Assembly (NCBI GenBank): GCA_030704615.1
Contig: CM060734.1
Span: 28,148,001-28,212,000, forward strand
Source of the DNA: Takakia lepidozioides
Lineage: Eukaryota > Plantae > Bryophyta
Length of the DNA stretch: 64,000 nucleotides
Reading direction: 5' to 3'
The translations under genes were made by a program, and so were the position numbers. Positions 21,545 to 34,068 of the stretch are shown here, one piece after another. A model generated the notes under the pieces. That model was given only the letters and a program-made list of their open reading frames with translations. It was not told the DNA's origin and ran no database searches. Numbering within the stretch: the stretch's first letter is position 1; each line of letters begins with the position of its first letter.

Positions 21545-24500
21545 ATGGGGTCGGGCAAGCCGAAGCGAAAGCGGAACGGCCCAAAAGATGATGATCCCGG
21601 TGAGCCCGATGGGGGCGACGTGTCACCGAGGCGGCCGTTTGAGGAAGCATGTTTCCGAAAACGAGGCCGCTCAGGAGCGGGAGGAATCCGAGGAGTCGGA
21701 GCCCGAGGAATCTTGAGAGCTCCGACAAACCAAGAGATGCCTCCCATGCCGGCAGCCTTTTGGGAAGGGTTGTTGGCGCAGTTTGGCGGGACGTTGAAAG
21801 ACGTGTTGAAGGCGGCTAATGCCACTTCCACTAAGGCAAAGTTTAAGGTGAAGCCTAAGGAACCCGGCACCTTCGAGGGCGTTCGAAACCGGAAGGCACT
21901 CAACACCTGGCTCCTGGAGCTAGAGCAGTACTTCCGGGCGGCCAAGTTGAGTGACGAGGATCGGGTGGAAGTGGCTCCCACCTATTTGAGGGGCTATGCT
22001 CAACAATGGTGGCAGAAACGCCTTCACGACCGAGGCCCAAGCCCGGAAACCTTGAACTGGAGTGGTTCAAGGAATTGATGAAGAGACAGTTTGTGCCCCT
22101 CAACGCGTCCTGGCTTGCCCGGGACAAGATGAGGAATTTGAAGCAAACAGATGACATTCGGGGGTATGTCCAGGCTTTCAATGTGCTGTTGCTCGAAGTC
22201 GCGGACATGGCAGAACCAGAAATGGTCTTCAACTTTGTGGCGGGACTGGCCCCATGGGCTAGGCGGAAGTTGGAGGAGAAGCCACCCAAGACTTTGAACG
22301 AGGCAATTGAGAGAGCTGAATGTTTCTCGGATGTCCCTAGGGGTGAGAGACAAGGCCGTACGGAGCTGAACCACAAGAAGACCCGGCGGGAAGGTGACTC
22401 CTCCGACCGGAAAAGAAGTGGGATAGGCCACGCGGCGAAATGGCACGTGGAAATCGAAGGGAGGGCCTTCACACGTCAAGGCGGCACCCGGTGCTTCGAA
22501 AGGAAAAAGCGGGTGGAGCGCTTATGGCGGACAGAAGGCGACCTTTGATGGAGTGTGTTTCAATTGCGGGGAGCCCGGGCACATGGCCAAGAAGTGCACG
22601 AAGCCCCGGCAATTGAACATGACTCGGGCGACCCACGGAGCTGTCGGAAGATACCATCAGTCGCTTGGTGGAAGCGGTGGTCGCCAGGACTTGCAAGGTA
22701 GGCAAATTTTCTTGTGAGTTGTATCAGGAAACTGGCGCCTTACGAAAAGGGAGTCAGTTATTGTTCGTGGATGGGATAATATCCGGAACTAATGTGTCGT
22801 TGTTGGTGGACACAGGAGCGTCGCACTCCTTCATGACGCCGGCGGCGCGCGAAAGTTGGGACTCCCGACAAGTGACGTGGGGGCCTCTATTGAGGTGCGC
22901 TCTGCCAAAGGAGAACCTCAGTTGGCGACAAGGTTGGCGTTTGATGTTCCTCTTCAACTGGGGAGTTGGGAGGGACGTGAGAACTTCACTATCTGCGAGA
23001 TCGATGGAGTGGATCTCATTTTGGGGATGACCTTTTTGAGCAAATCCGGAGCGGTCATAGATGGCCGCAAGAGAGTAGTCACGCTGCCATGTGGGAATGG
23101 TGGCGAGGTTTTACGAGTGTCGGAAACGCCCAAATCCGTGGGAGGGCGAATAAACCTTCTATCAGCAAAGGAGTGGGCCGTGGAGGAGGCACACGAGTCC
23201 CAGTTTTTGCTTTACATTAGAGAAGTGAAAGGAGAAGGCGATGGGGAGCCGAGCCCAGATTGGATCAAGGGGATTTTGGAGAAATACCAGGATGTGATGC
23301 CGGAGGATTTACCAAGCGGCTTGCCACCGCGAAGAGGAGTTGACCACAAAATTGAGGTGATACCGGGATCGGAACCGCCTGCCAAGGCGCCCTACCGGTT
23401 GAGCCACAAAGAGTTGGTCGAGCTGAAGACTCAGCTCAAGATCTAATGTCAAAGGGGTACATCCGGCCGAGTAAGTCACCTTACGGAGCCCGGTGCTATT
23501 TGCAGACAAGAAGGATGGGACGCTGCGGATGTGTGTCGATTACAGGGCTCTGAATAAGGTGACTATCAAAAACCGGTACCCTTTGCCAAGGATCGACGAC
23601 CTCTTCGATCGGTTGGCAGGAGCGAAGTATTTCAGCCGGATCGACTTGCGCTCCGGCTATCACCAAATTCGGGTGGCGGAAGGAGATGAGAGAAAGACCG
23701 CGTGCAGGACAAGGTATGGTTCATATGAGTTCTTGGTGATGCCTTTTGGGCTCACCAATGCACCAGCGACATTTAGCACGCTGATGAACAGCCTTTTCCA
23801 GGAGTGGTTGGATGACTTTGTGATCGTGTACATCGACGACATCTTGGTGTACTCGAAAACAAAGGAGGAGCACCTGGAGCACCTCAAAAGGGTGTTCCAA
23901 AAATTGCGAGAAGGGAAGCTGTATGCCAAAGCTTCAAAGTGCGAATTCGGGGTCACAAAAGTGGAGTTCTTGGGGCATGTGATTACACAGGATGGGATCA
24001 AAATGGATGACAGAAAGGTGAGGGCGATCTTGGACTGGGAGCCTCCGACTTCGGTCCCGGGAGTGCGATCCTTCCTAGGACTCGCCTCCTATTACCGGAA
24101 GTATGTGAGAAATTCGCCAAGATCGCGGGGCCGCTGTCGGACCTTCTGTGTAAATCCAAAGTCTGGGTATGGAACATTTTGTGGCCAAGCTTTTGCTGAA
24201 TTGAAGCAGCGGATGACGGAAGCTCCAGTCTTAAAAATCCCGGAGTTCGATCGTCCGTTTGAGATTCATACAGATGCATCGGACTTCGCAATTGGGGGTG
24301 TACTTATGCAAGATGGACGTCCAGTGGCTTACGAAAGTAAGAAACTGAATGAAGTGGAGCGACGGTGGCCGACGCACGAAAAAGAGATGAAGGCGGTGGT
24401 GCATTGCCTTGAACTTGGCGCCACTATGTTGGTTCCAACCCAGTGAAGGTGTTCACGGACAATGTCACGGTGAAGTATTTTGCCACGCAGCCCAAGTTGT

Positions 24501-26082
24501 CCCCAAAACAACTTAGGTGGCAAGATACTTTGGCAGTGTTCGACGTGGATATCCAGTACAAACCGGGACGGGACAATGTGGTGGCCGATGCTTTAAGTAG
24601 AAAGCAGCAGCTCTTGTTGGTGTACAAGGGCGAGACGGCGCTCCAAAGGAAGATCCGGAAGGCTTGCCGGAAGGATGAGCTGGCAAAGTGCGTGATGCAG
24701 ACTTGAGAATGGGGGTTAAATCGCAGTTCCACTTGCAAAACGGACTGCTCCGGTATAAGCAAAAACGTCTCTATGTGCCAAAGGGAGGGATCAGGGATAG
24801 TCTCTTGAGAGAATGCCATGATAGCCCGCTTGCGGGCCACGGTGGAGCCAAGCGCACTGCGGCACTCTTGAAGAAAGAGTATTTCTGGCCCAAACTGAGG
24901 GAGGAGGCAGAGGAGTATGTAAGACATGCACCACATGCCAACAAAACCGGAGCGAGTACAAAAAGCAAGCGGGGCTGTTACAACCCTTGCCGATTCCAGA
25001 GGGGACTTGGGAAAGCGTCTCGATGGATTTCATGACTGCTATGCCGCTGTCAAAAGGATTCGATGCAATCATGTGGTGGTAGATAGGTTCAGTAAAATGG
25101 CCCATTTCATCCCCACCAAGGAGACGGCAACGGCGCAGGAGACAGGGCGACTTTACTTCGCCCACGTCTTAAAGCATCATGGAGTCCCGAAGGATATTGT
25201 CTCGGACCGCGATCCAAAGTTTACGAGTAAATTCTGGAGAGCACTTTGGAAGAAGATGGGGACGAGGCTGAAGATGAGCACCGCCTTCCGACGACGACGG
25301 CCAAACGGAAAGAGTGAATTCCGTAGTGAAGCAATTCTTGCGGAATTACGTGTCGGCAGACCAATCAGACTGGATGGAACACTTAGACGCGGCAGAGTTC
25401 TGTTATAATAACACAGAAACACTCCGCGACGGGAGTTTCCCCTTTTGTGTTGGTCTATGGAAAAGCACCTCTGGTGCCGACAAGTTGGGCCGCCCAGGAC
25501 GTTGAGGAACCGGCAGTAGCGGCGGTACTGGAAGAACGCGAGCGTTTGTTGAAGCTCGCAAAGTACAACATTGCCAAAGCTAGGAAACGGTATGAAAGGC
25601 AGGCGAATCGGAAGCGGAGGGAAGTGAAGTTTGAGGCAGGCACAGAGGTCTGGTTGAACATCAAGAATTTCGACTACCTCCGGAAATGAGTCCGAAGTTC
25701 GTACCTCCGTATGCGGGTCCCTTTCGCATTCGGAGGTTATGAATGAGGATGTGTATGAATTGGAGCTGCCAGCAAACAGCAAGGTGCACCCAGTATTCCA
25801 TGTCTCCCTTTTGAAGCCTTACTTCAAAGATGAAGCACGTCCGAATCGGCAGCAAGTGTTGCGTCCGCCACCTATGCTGTTGGATCATGAAAATGAACCG
25901 AGTACGAGGTGGAGGCAATACTTAAGTCGAGGAGGTTCAAGAACCGAGAAACGGAGTATCTCGTCAAATGGAAGGGCTATCATCTTGTGGAGGCATCTTG
26001 GGTGCGTGCCTCAGAAATGGGAAACGCATCCGAGGCGGTTGCAGCGTTCGAAGGGCGACCTCAAAAGCGGAAGAAGCGTTGA
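21545..26082 (+). CDS. gag-pol polyprotein with chromodomain (frameshifted in this sequence)
   Basis: [14 protein letters not shown] zinc knuckle, LVDTGAS protease, [17 protein letters not shown] RNase H, HHCC/DDE integrase, EYEVEAIL...YLVKWKGY...SW chromodomain. Confidence 0.9.
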
Positions 26083-26983
26083 TGGGGACATCAACCTTGG
26101 AGCGGGGGAGGAAATGCATGCTTAGCCCGGTTTAGCTAGCTCAGGAATCCGATTGCAAAAACTTGTATTGTACAAAAATTTGTGATAAAGGAAATGGGTT
26201 CCAAATATTGTGCGTCCTATTGTGTTTGGAATGGTGATGCATGGTGTGGTTGGCTGGTGTGTAGAATGCATGCTAGCTTACAAAAGTGGGAGAGGTAAAT
26301 TGGGTTAATCGTGTGTTTGCGCAGTGCCGAAATCGGGTGACTCCCATCCAAGGGGCAAGGAAACTTGCGCCTTATTTGGGAGTTCAAGTGCTAGTGCGCA
26401 CCTGGCGCGTGCGCGTACTATAACTGCGCTACCGAGGGGGTTGCCTTGTAGTGCGGGCTAACGCGGAAGCTACGTGCTTCCGTTCACGTACTATAATCGT
26501 GTAGCCTCGGGACGAAGTCGTAGTGCGGCTTCGGCGTGTTCCCGTACCTCAGGCCAGCATTCCAAGGCGGACCCAATTGTAGTGATTGGGGCGCACGGTT
26601 GGTTCAAGGTTATCTTCCTAGTCAAAGAGGGTTCCAGGTGAACCCTTGCTCAAGGTGATGCCAAAAGCGGCATCATGAGCGATCGCAAGCAATGTTGTTG
26701 CAGTAAGGCGATTCGATCCTCGGGGATCGTTCCTTGGCCTTGAAGTAGGCCAAGAAGAGTGCACTGGGAGGAGCTGGAGAGGCTCCACCCTTGGCCGGGA
26801 CTTGGAGGAAGTCGGCCGAACTAGCTAGTGGAGAGTGGAGTCAAGTGTGGGGTTTGGTTCTTTGCCATGGGACGCCATGGTACGGAAACAAACTCCTTGA
26901 TGTGGGACGCCACAACTTGGATGTTCGTTTCTACAAAATGGACAAGTCGATGAGGACATCGACTCCCTGTTGGTAGGGGTGTG

Positions 26984-27703
26984 TGTCGCGGCCCTTTGCC
27001 TTGAGGGCAGGGGGTCGGGACACATGAGGGGCTGCCCCTGTGGTGGGGGCAGCGGCAGCGATAGGTATGGGGGGCTGAAGCACCCTTGAGTGCCCAAGGC
27101 ACTCAAGGAGGCGGAGGCGCTCACTAGGTGGAGCCCCGCACACCGGGTTGCGGTGGGGTGGCTCCACAAGGGGTGGTGGTAGCTTAGTGGGACTTAGTGG
27201 GGGTGGCATAGGACTCACCATGGGGTGGAGACCTCGAGGTGGGAGTCGTGGGGAGTCTTGGGACTCATCACGGTCCATTGGGGCCGCGGTGAGTGGGCCA
27301 AGACTCACCGCGACTCACCACCGGGAGTCGAGGGTTTTCGTGGTGGTTCGCCATAAAATGGCATGGCTGGTTATGAAACCCCCGCGGACAGCTACAGAAG
27401 TATATATAGGGAGTAGTAACCCGAGAACGGTGCAAGCCCGTTGGTGACCAAAAACTAGTGAGTAAGCGAGCGAGCCGGAAAGCGACCAAAGAGTGGGGAG
27501 CTGTTCCGGACTGCCATCTACCAAAGGGAATTCTCCTAGTCCCAATAGGTGGAGGGTTTAGAGGGAAGCGAAGGGGACCGTTATGTCCCGGTGAGCAGCC
27601 GAAACTCCAAGTTGGCCCGGCGGCCAGGTTGGGAGTCAGGCGCGCGCATCAAAGCGAGTAACTATGACTTGAAGGGGAGTTTACCGAACTGAGGTGTGCG
27701 ACA
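26984..27703 (+). repeat. 3' LTR of copy 1
   Basis: Near-identical to 20768-21489, preceded by the G-rich tract ggtaggggtgtg. Confidence 0.95.
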
Positions 27704-30700
27704 CAGGGGGGGCAAGAGTTTGCCAATTCCCTCAGTGCCGACCTCCTGCGCAAGTCGGAGGCAAAGGCAGACAGAACCTGGTATAGGCTGAGCGTCGACG
27801 CCATGGTGGACTACATATTTCGGGTAAAGCTCTGACAGTTTTGTGGCTAATTGTTTCTCCTCCCCAATAAAGAAATTGTGTTGAGCATGATCTCTAATCT
27901 TATGTGCGCATTCTTGACAGACGAAAATACAGCAGGATTTGGCACATGCGCGGAGGTTCTACATGGAGTCAGAGGAGAAGAATCCAACCCTCCCGGAACT
28001 CGAATCGTATGTCAAAGCTGCGGAGGTGAGGGCCCGCATAAAGTACAAGTCGCGAATGGTAAAGTACGTGGCCATAGCTGATCCTGCCCTTGGTGCCGAC
28101 TTTCTGGTGGAGGTGGGGAAGCACTACTCTCGCGCTCTGAAGCCCACGATGACATTGGAGAAGCTCCATCGTCTAGCCACATCCTGTGTGTGGATGCAAC
28201 AGAAAAGGTGATACATTCTTAAAAAATTGTGGTGGCAACAACTCCTTTTGTGGTGTTTGGCGCTTACGAATATGCTGGGTGGTTGGACAGACCGGTGGCT
28301 CCAAATCTGGAATGGTTCCCAAAGTACCAGGGACATGTGGAGCTTCCCCAAACCGGACAAACTCTCTGACCCCACATTCGACATGTGGATGAACCGCATG
28401 ACATGGTGGTTTCAGGTACTTCCCCATGCTTCGTTTGGGGCTTCTACTTCTAGTGGGGGTGGATTCATTGTATTTTTTGAGGAAAGCGATCTGATGGACA
28501 ATTCCACAGTGACGACGAATGCGCAAAGAGCAGCTGGACACCAAGCACATCAGTTCAAGATGGAGATATCTCCTGCGCAGAGAGCCTACGTGACTATGTG
28601 ACGAGGTACTTTTGCTCTACAAAACCAACCTATTCTTTCGGGAGATAGCAGATGCTCGCCGGGCCACGAGTTCACCGACCAGCCGAACGCGGACAAAGCA
28701 GCAATGCGCCTTCTGTACAGGTACATACGCGCTGCCTTTTTTTCAAGTCCTGGCATTTCAGGATGTTAGAGGCCTCAAGTGGTGTTAGGGAAAATGGCGC
28801 CGAATTTCCAGTCAGGGCTCCGAAAATGGCTAAGTCCCTAGACTGGCTGGCCCGGAACTGGAATTCGGGCCCTTTCCGTTCCAGGCCCTATTGCCGTTCA
28901 GGGACTTAGCCATTTTCGGCCTAAGTCCCTGACTGGCTGGCCTGAAGTGGAAAATCGGCCGCCATATTCCAATTTAGGCCCTATTGCCGTTCAGGGACTT
29001 AGCCATTTTCGGCCTAAGTCCCTAGTGTGGCTGGCCCGCAACTGGAAATTCGGCGCCGTTTTTTCCAGTCTAGGCCCTATTGCCGTCCGGGACTTAGCTT
29101 TTCGGGCTAGAAAAGAAGGCTGGCCCCGGGACTTAGGGGCTAAGTCCCTAGACTGGCTGGCCCTGAACGGCGCCATTTCCAGTTCCACCCTAAGGGACTT
29201 AGCCATTTTCGGGCTAAGTCCCTAGGTGGCTGGCCAGAACTGGAAATTCGGCGCCGTTTCAGTTCTAGGCCCTATTGCCGTCCAGGGACTTAGCCATTTT
29301 CGGGCTAAGTCCCTAGGGCTGGCCCGGAACTGGAAATTCGGCGCCGTTTTTATTGCCGTCCAGGGACTTCCATTTTCGGGGGTGGCTGGCCTGAAATTCA
29401 GGCCAGGCTTAGCCATTTTCGGGCTAAGTCCCTAGAAACTGGAAATTCGGCGCCAGTTCCAGCCCTATTGCCGTCCAGGGACTTAGCCATTTTCGGCTAA
29501 GTCCCTAGGGGGCTGGCCCGGAACTGGAAATTCGGCGCCGTTTTCCAGTTCTAGGCCCTATTGCCGTTCAGGGACTTAGCCATTTTCGGGCTAAGTCCCT
29601 AGACTGGGTGGCCCTGAAGTGGAAATTCGGCGCCATATTCCAGTTTAGGCCCTATTGCCGTTCAGGGACTTAGCCATTTTCGGACCTCATTGTGTTTTTC
29701 ATGAATGCAGGTACTGTAAGTTCTCCCTTTTGGAGAAAGGTCATCTGTCTTTCGAGCCACCATTCTTCCTGGCATGGAGGAACCCTGGGGCTGACTCCAT
29801 GTACACTGACGATATTGTGAAGGAGTGGCATCTGGAACATTTGCGTGATTGCCCTTGGTATGTGGACCTTCCGCCCGGCTCGCTCGACCCATCCGAGTTT
29901 CAATTGAAGCTGGATGCTGAATTCCGACGAAACCGGGCTCCGCTGCCTCCGTTGGGTGCAAAAGAGGCAAAAGCGCTTGCGAACTCCAGGAAAGCGGCAG
30001 AGCTTGCTCAGGCAGGAATTCAGGAGAAATTGCATGAGAAGAGTAAAGGTCAAAGGAAAAGGACAAGGAAACAGGTGACTGCAGTAACACCCAAAAAGAA
30101 GAAAACCATCGGGCATCGGAGGAGGCGCAGGAGGGTACCCAAGAGAGTGACTCCGACGCCGATTTTGTTCAAGGTCCTGCGACTGCTTGCTCCTACCCAG
30201 TCACCGGTCGTCCGGGTTCCCAAGTCAGTTCGGAGTGGGACTGGCTCTGCCAAGAAGTTGGCATTTGAGGGCGAGCCTACACGGCGGTATTCGGCGGTGA
30301 CGTTTACGCACAGGCCAAAGCTAGAACCTCCAACCATCATCCAATGCGTCAATGAGAGCTTCCTTGACGCTCTCGCTGCCAGGCGAAGAAGTGGCACACA
30401 ACAAGTCTCTGGCGGAGCAGAAGGGGAAAGCCAAGAAGAGGGCTGCCGGTACAGAGCCTAAAGACACCCCTGGTTTTGAAGCCATGATGGAATTCTTCAC
30501 GGCTGTGAGCACGAATTGCAAGAGCACTCGGGGGGGTTGAGGTGGAGAGAGCTTGCGACATGATTCTCCTCGACATTCCAGATGGGGAGCTGCTGGAGGG
30601 CTTGGATGGTGTGCCCACCTGGAACAGGTTTACTGAGGACTACTGGAAAGCCGGTTTGGGCTGGCAGGATGCTTCTGGATGACGGTGGATGTGTGGTTGT

Positions 30701-32041
30701 CCTTGCCACGAGAGGGAAGACCACAGAGAATGCGGTGGCAAGGTGGACACCGAAAAGTGTCACCCCGGTCCTCCTCAGAAAATGGTTCTGCATCAGTACG
30801 CAGGGTTGCGAACAGAGGGCCAAAGTGTAAGTTATCAATCTATTGCATTCACTTCATATTGTGGTGTATGTTAAGTAGACCCTGGAATTGATCCCTTCTT
30901 TGTTGGATGTGCAGACATTGGTGTTTGAGGCATATTGCTTTGTGAAGAGAGGGTCTACGTTCAAATTCCGCAACGACGGTCGTCTTGTTGATGCCGCTGT
31001 GGACCCTGTAACCTACGATGTCCTCTACAACTATGTGCCCTACTCTAGTATGCCGAAGGACACAAAGACAGGCAAACCGTGGCGGTACAGCCGGACCCGG
31101 AGCCCTGCTTTCATCCAAACCCTCATGGAGACGTGCTCGGATGTCCAAGGGCGGATTCTGGACCTCACATGCGGCACGGGTAAGCCTTCACGTGCTCAGT
31201 TTGTCCCCTGGCCCCATTGCAATTGCATGCCGCAAGCTATTAACCGCCCGCTTTGTTCCTCAGGTGCTTCAATGTGGGCAGGGACGTTGTCCGACAGGCA
31301 TGTGTTCGCCTTCGAGCCAGATACTGCCCTCCACAACTCGGAACTTGCAGCGGCTGAACGTCTGCCGAAAGAGGAAGAGGCATCCTCGGAGGATGAGGAA
31401 AAATCCGAGAAGGAGCAGGGGGAGGAAGTTGGGATCGAGGCCGAGGAGCCCCCGGTTTACGAGTGAGTGGTGGCATTGTAAGTTGCCTCCAGATTTTGTG
31501 AGGCACCTCCCTCCGCTCTCTTATTTCATTGAAAACCCTTTCTGGTTGTGCTGGTATTGACATTCTTCAAGTGGATTTGTTCTTACTGTAGGATGCCAAG
31601 TACTGCCGGAGGGACGTCTACACCGGAGTTCATGGGCAGGAGGAACGTGCCTTTTTTTGCCAGGGGGGATTTCATGCCTAGTCCAGAAAGGGAGTACATC
31701 CTTCCTACTTATGCTGCCCGGCTTGCTTCGGTGTCCATTAGGAGGTGTTCCGAACCTAGTCGTGTACAACAGATTTTAGACGAGGCAAGCCTCAAGAAAA
31801 TGAAGATGAGGGAGGAGGCAGCAGCTATTAGAGCCCGTCGGGCTCGTAGATTTGTGTTGGATTCTGCTGAGGAAAGTGGGGAGAAGACGCAGAAGATTCC
31901 CAGGAGGTGAGGTGGACAGTCCCCCAAGGAGAGGACGGGATTTTTGAGAGGCATAGTGGAACTGATGCATCACAGAGCTCGGAGGATGAGGGGGATGAGG
32001 AAGAAGGTGGGGCAAGTTCCTCGGAGGGTGTAGGAGAGTAG
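27704..32041 (+). CDS. Element B ParB-MTase gene, 3' exons including the N4C/N6A MTase-like domain
   Basis: ADRTWYRL; AHARRFYMESE...ADPALG; RWLQIWN..RMTWWFQ; EPPFFLAW..CPWYVD; CDMILLDIPDG (DIPD at 30572-30583); RSPAFIQTLMETCSDVQGRILDLTCGT|GASMWAGTLSDRHVFAFEPD; last exon RRNVPFFARGDF to TAG at 32039-32041. Confidence 0.78.
28790..29685. repeat. Intronic tandem array (~95-bp double-hairpin unit) in the B ParB-MTase gene
   Basis: The unit contains CTGGAAATTCGGCGCC-TTTTCCAG and AGGGACTTAGCC-loop-GGCTAAGTCCCT. About 9 variably degraded copies. Confidence 0.85.
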
Positions 32042-32262
32042 TGCCCATTCCGGCTATGACAGTTAGAACACACTTGTATAGACGTGGCTTGCCACAAAAT
32101 TTGCAATAAAATGTTGCATTTCAAGTCCACTGGTGCCACATTCCAACTTCACATGACCCTATTTCCGTGCCTCCTAACCCTATTTCCGTGGACTCACAAT
32201 GGTCTGCTCATGCTTTTTTTTTTTCCGCTCATGCTCATGCCGCTCATGAAATAGCAGCCCCC

Positions 32263-34068
32263 TGTACGGTGAGGACCCCAATGTTCCAATGGAGGGGAAA
32301 GAGAGATCCTGTGGATTCCATTGGATGCAGAGTCTATCCCACTACACTACCAAATTTGTTGCTAGCTCATTCCAGGCTGAACACCGTGTCCTTTGTACGG
32401 CGTGGAAGGATGCACCCACATTTGATGACGCGGAGGTTAAGTTTGCTATCATCGAGGCTTGGTGGAACACGTCAGGTGCAGTGGAGACAACCAATCTGGG
32501 AGCATTGCACAGCTGGTTGGGGTGGTGGCATTTTCGGTATCGACAGTTTGGACAGTACATGCGGGAGGTAGGCTGCTATCAATTTCGTTCATTTGTCTTT
32601 ATGTTACGGACATTTCGATTGGTCCCTCACCATTGTTTGTGTCCTTCTAGGAGCGGTGCTTGGATTCCGACACGGACATGCCGAACACGAATATGGCAGA
32701 ATCGGTCCACTCCTCCTGGCGAGCGTCTTCTGCCGCACATCTGGTGGACGTAGTGACGGCCACAACGGAGGACATCGACAGAGCAATCATGCAGCAAGCC
32801 ACGTACTACAAGTTCCTGAGCGGCAAACAATGGGCTTTGGGCCGGACAGGGAGGAATTGTTGGTACGAACAGCTTCGAGGTCCAAGAATCCAGTGAAATG
32901 GGCGACAGCATTGCGAGAGAAGATCAAAGGGACGCCACCTGCAGCAGAGGTGAACACCTAGAGGGGGACGTCCGGACTCGCCCTGTCAGGCGGAGGATTG
33001 AAGAGGAACCCGGGTGCGAAGAGGATTCCTAGAGATCCGACAGGAACATTCGGACAGCACCTCGAGGTCCCGTCATGTTGCCGCACAATGTGTCTTCCAG
33101 CAGTGGAAGCCCAAGAAATTCCAGATCACCGTCGCCTTCAACCGGGATTTCGTGCAAAAAATTCCCACCGCTCCCTTGCCCACATTCCGCCCGTTGTTAT
33201 GCAGTATGGCCAAGCCATTGTGGAGAACTGTGTCTGCATCACAGTGGAGAATTGCTCGCACAAAGCCGTCGTTTCGAGAAGGTGTTCCGCAATTCGTGTG
33301 GATACACGGCAACGTTTTTAGAGATGATAAGGAGGAATCCAGATGGGGCTGTCCCTGCTCCTACTTTTACAGGAAGATTTGTCCATGCAAAGTTTGCGGA
33401 GGCGACAACCACCCAGTTCTGGTTCTGCAGGCACGACATTATGACTTGCGTGTATGGAAAGCCCAAGTACGGCATACAAACAATGCCAGAGGCTCCCCCG
33501 GTGTGGCCGGTGGAACCAGGCTGCGATCTGAGTCAGGTTGAGGCCGACGCCCTTACCGCCGCAGGATTTCGGATGGTGCAGCGCACTGACGTCCCAGAGA
33601 ACCATTTCCGCTTCCACAGCCTCCACCACCGACCCCTGTGAGAGCAAGAACAATGGGACACGACAGCTCTAAGCATCCTACACACCGTTGGGGAAACCGA
33701 AGAGGCAGCGACCTCCCTCAAAATGAACGAGACAAGGATGGGGAATGCACTTCGGATGAACTGTACAATCCAGAGCTCGATAGAAGTGCCCCACCAGGAT
33801 TCGGGCATGTGTATCAGATGGCCACGGCGGGCTCAGCTGTTCGCAATGAGGTGTACACCATCACCATTTCAGAATTACCCACCTGCAATTTGCACCGACT
33901 TCCAGATCATGGCGAACAAGGGGGCATCATACTGCCCTTGCAAGCATTTGTACTACGTGTACCTAAGAGACTCCGTTGTAATTCCACAACTCATCACTTC
34001 ATACATGCACCAGGGTTGAGCCCCCAGGAGGTTCACACTCTTCTGAATATGGATCCAGGGACCAGTGA
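32263..34068 (+). CDS. Element A transposase, 3' part (CxxH, catalytic E, SWIM)
   Basis: YGEDPNVPMEGKERSCGFHW...WWHFRYRQFGQYMRE|intron 32568-32650|...TNMAESVHSSW...TCxCTDF..PCKHLYYVY. The 3' end is approximate. Confidence 0.82.

Larger units (their letters stand above)
20768..27703 (+). mobile_element. Ty3/Gypsy chromovirus LTR retrotransposon, copy 1 (two LTRs; no matching TSD)
   Basis: Near-identical LTRs TGTCGC...GCGACA, PBS TGGTATCAGAGC, gag-PR-RT-RH-IN-chromodomain. Flanks GGCTG / CAGGG do not match. Confidence 0.95.
12600..32262 (-). mobile_element. Element B: complete second-subfamily copy inserted antisense in the A transposase, 5-bp TSD TGTAC
   Basis: Left end GAGGTTTGCTATTTCATGAGC (12600), right end GCTCATGAAATAGCAGCCCCC (32262). 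TGTAC at 12595-12599 and 32263-32267. Removing the element restores CGG CGT GTG TAC GGT GAG GAC (RRVYGED). About 12.7 kb without the nested LTR element. Confidence 0.92.

Noticed and set aside
21545-26082. Treating the many frameshifts as biological decay or programmed frameshifting
   Set aside because: Most are single-base losses that differ between otherwise near-identical copies, as expected for long-read consensus error. This cannot be resolved without reads.
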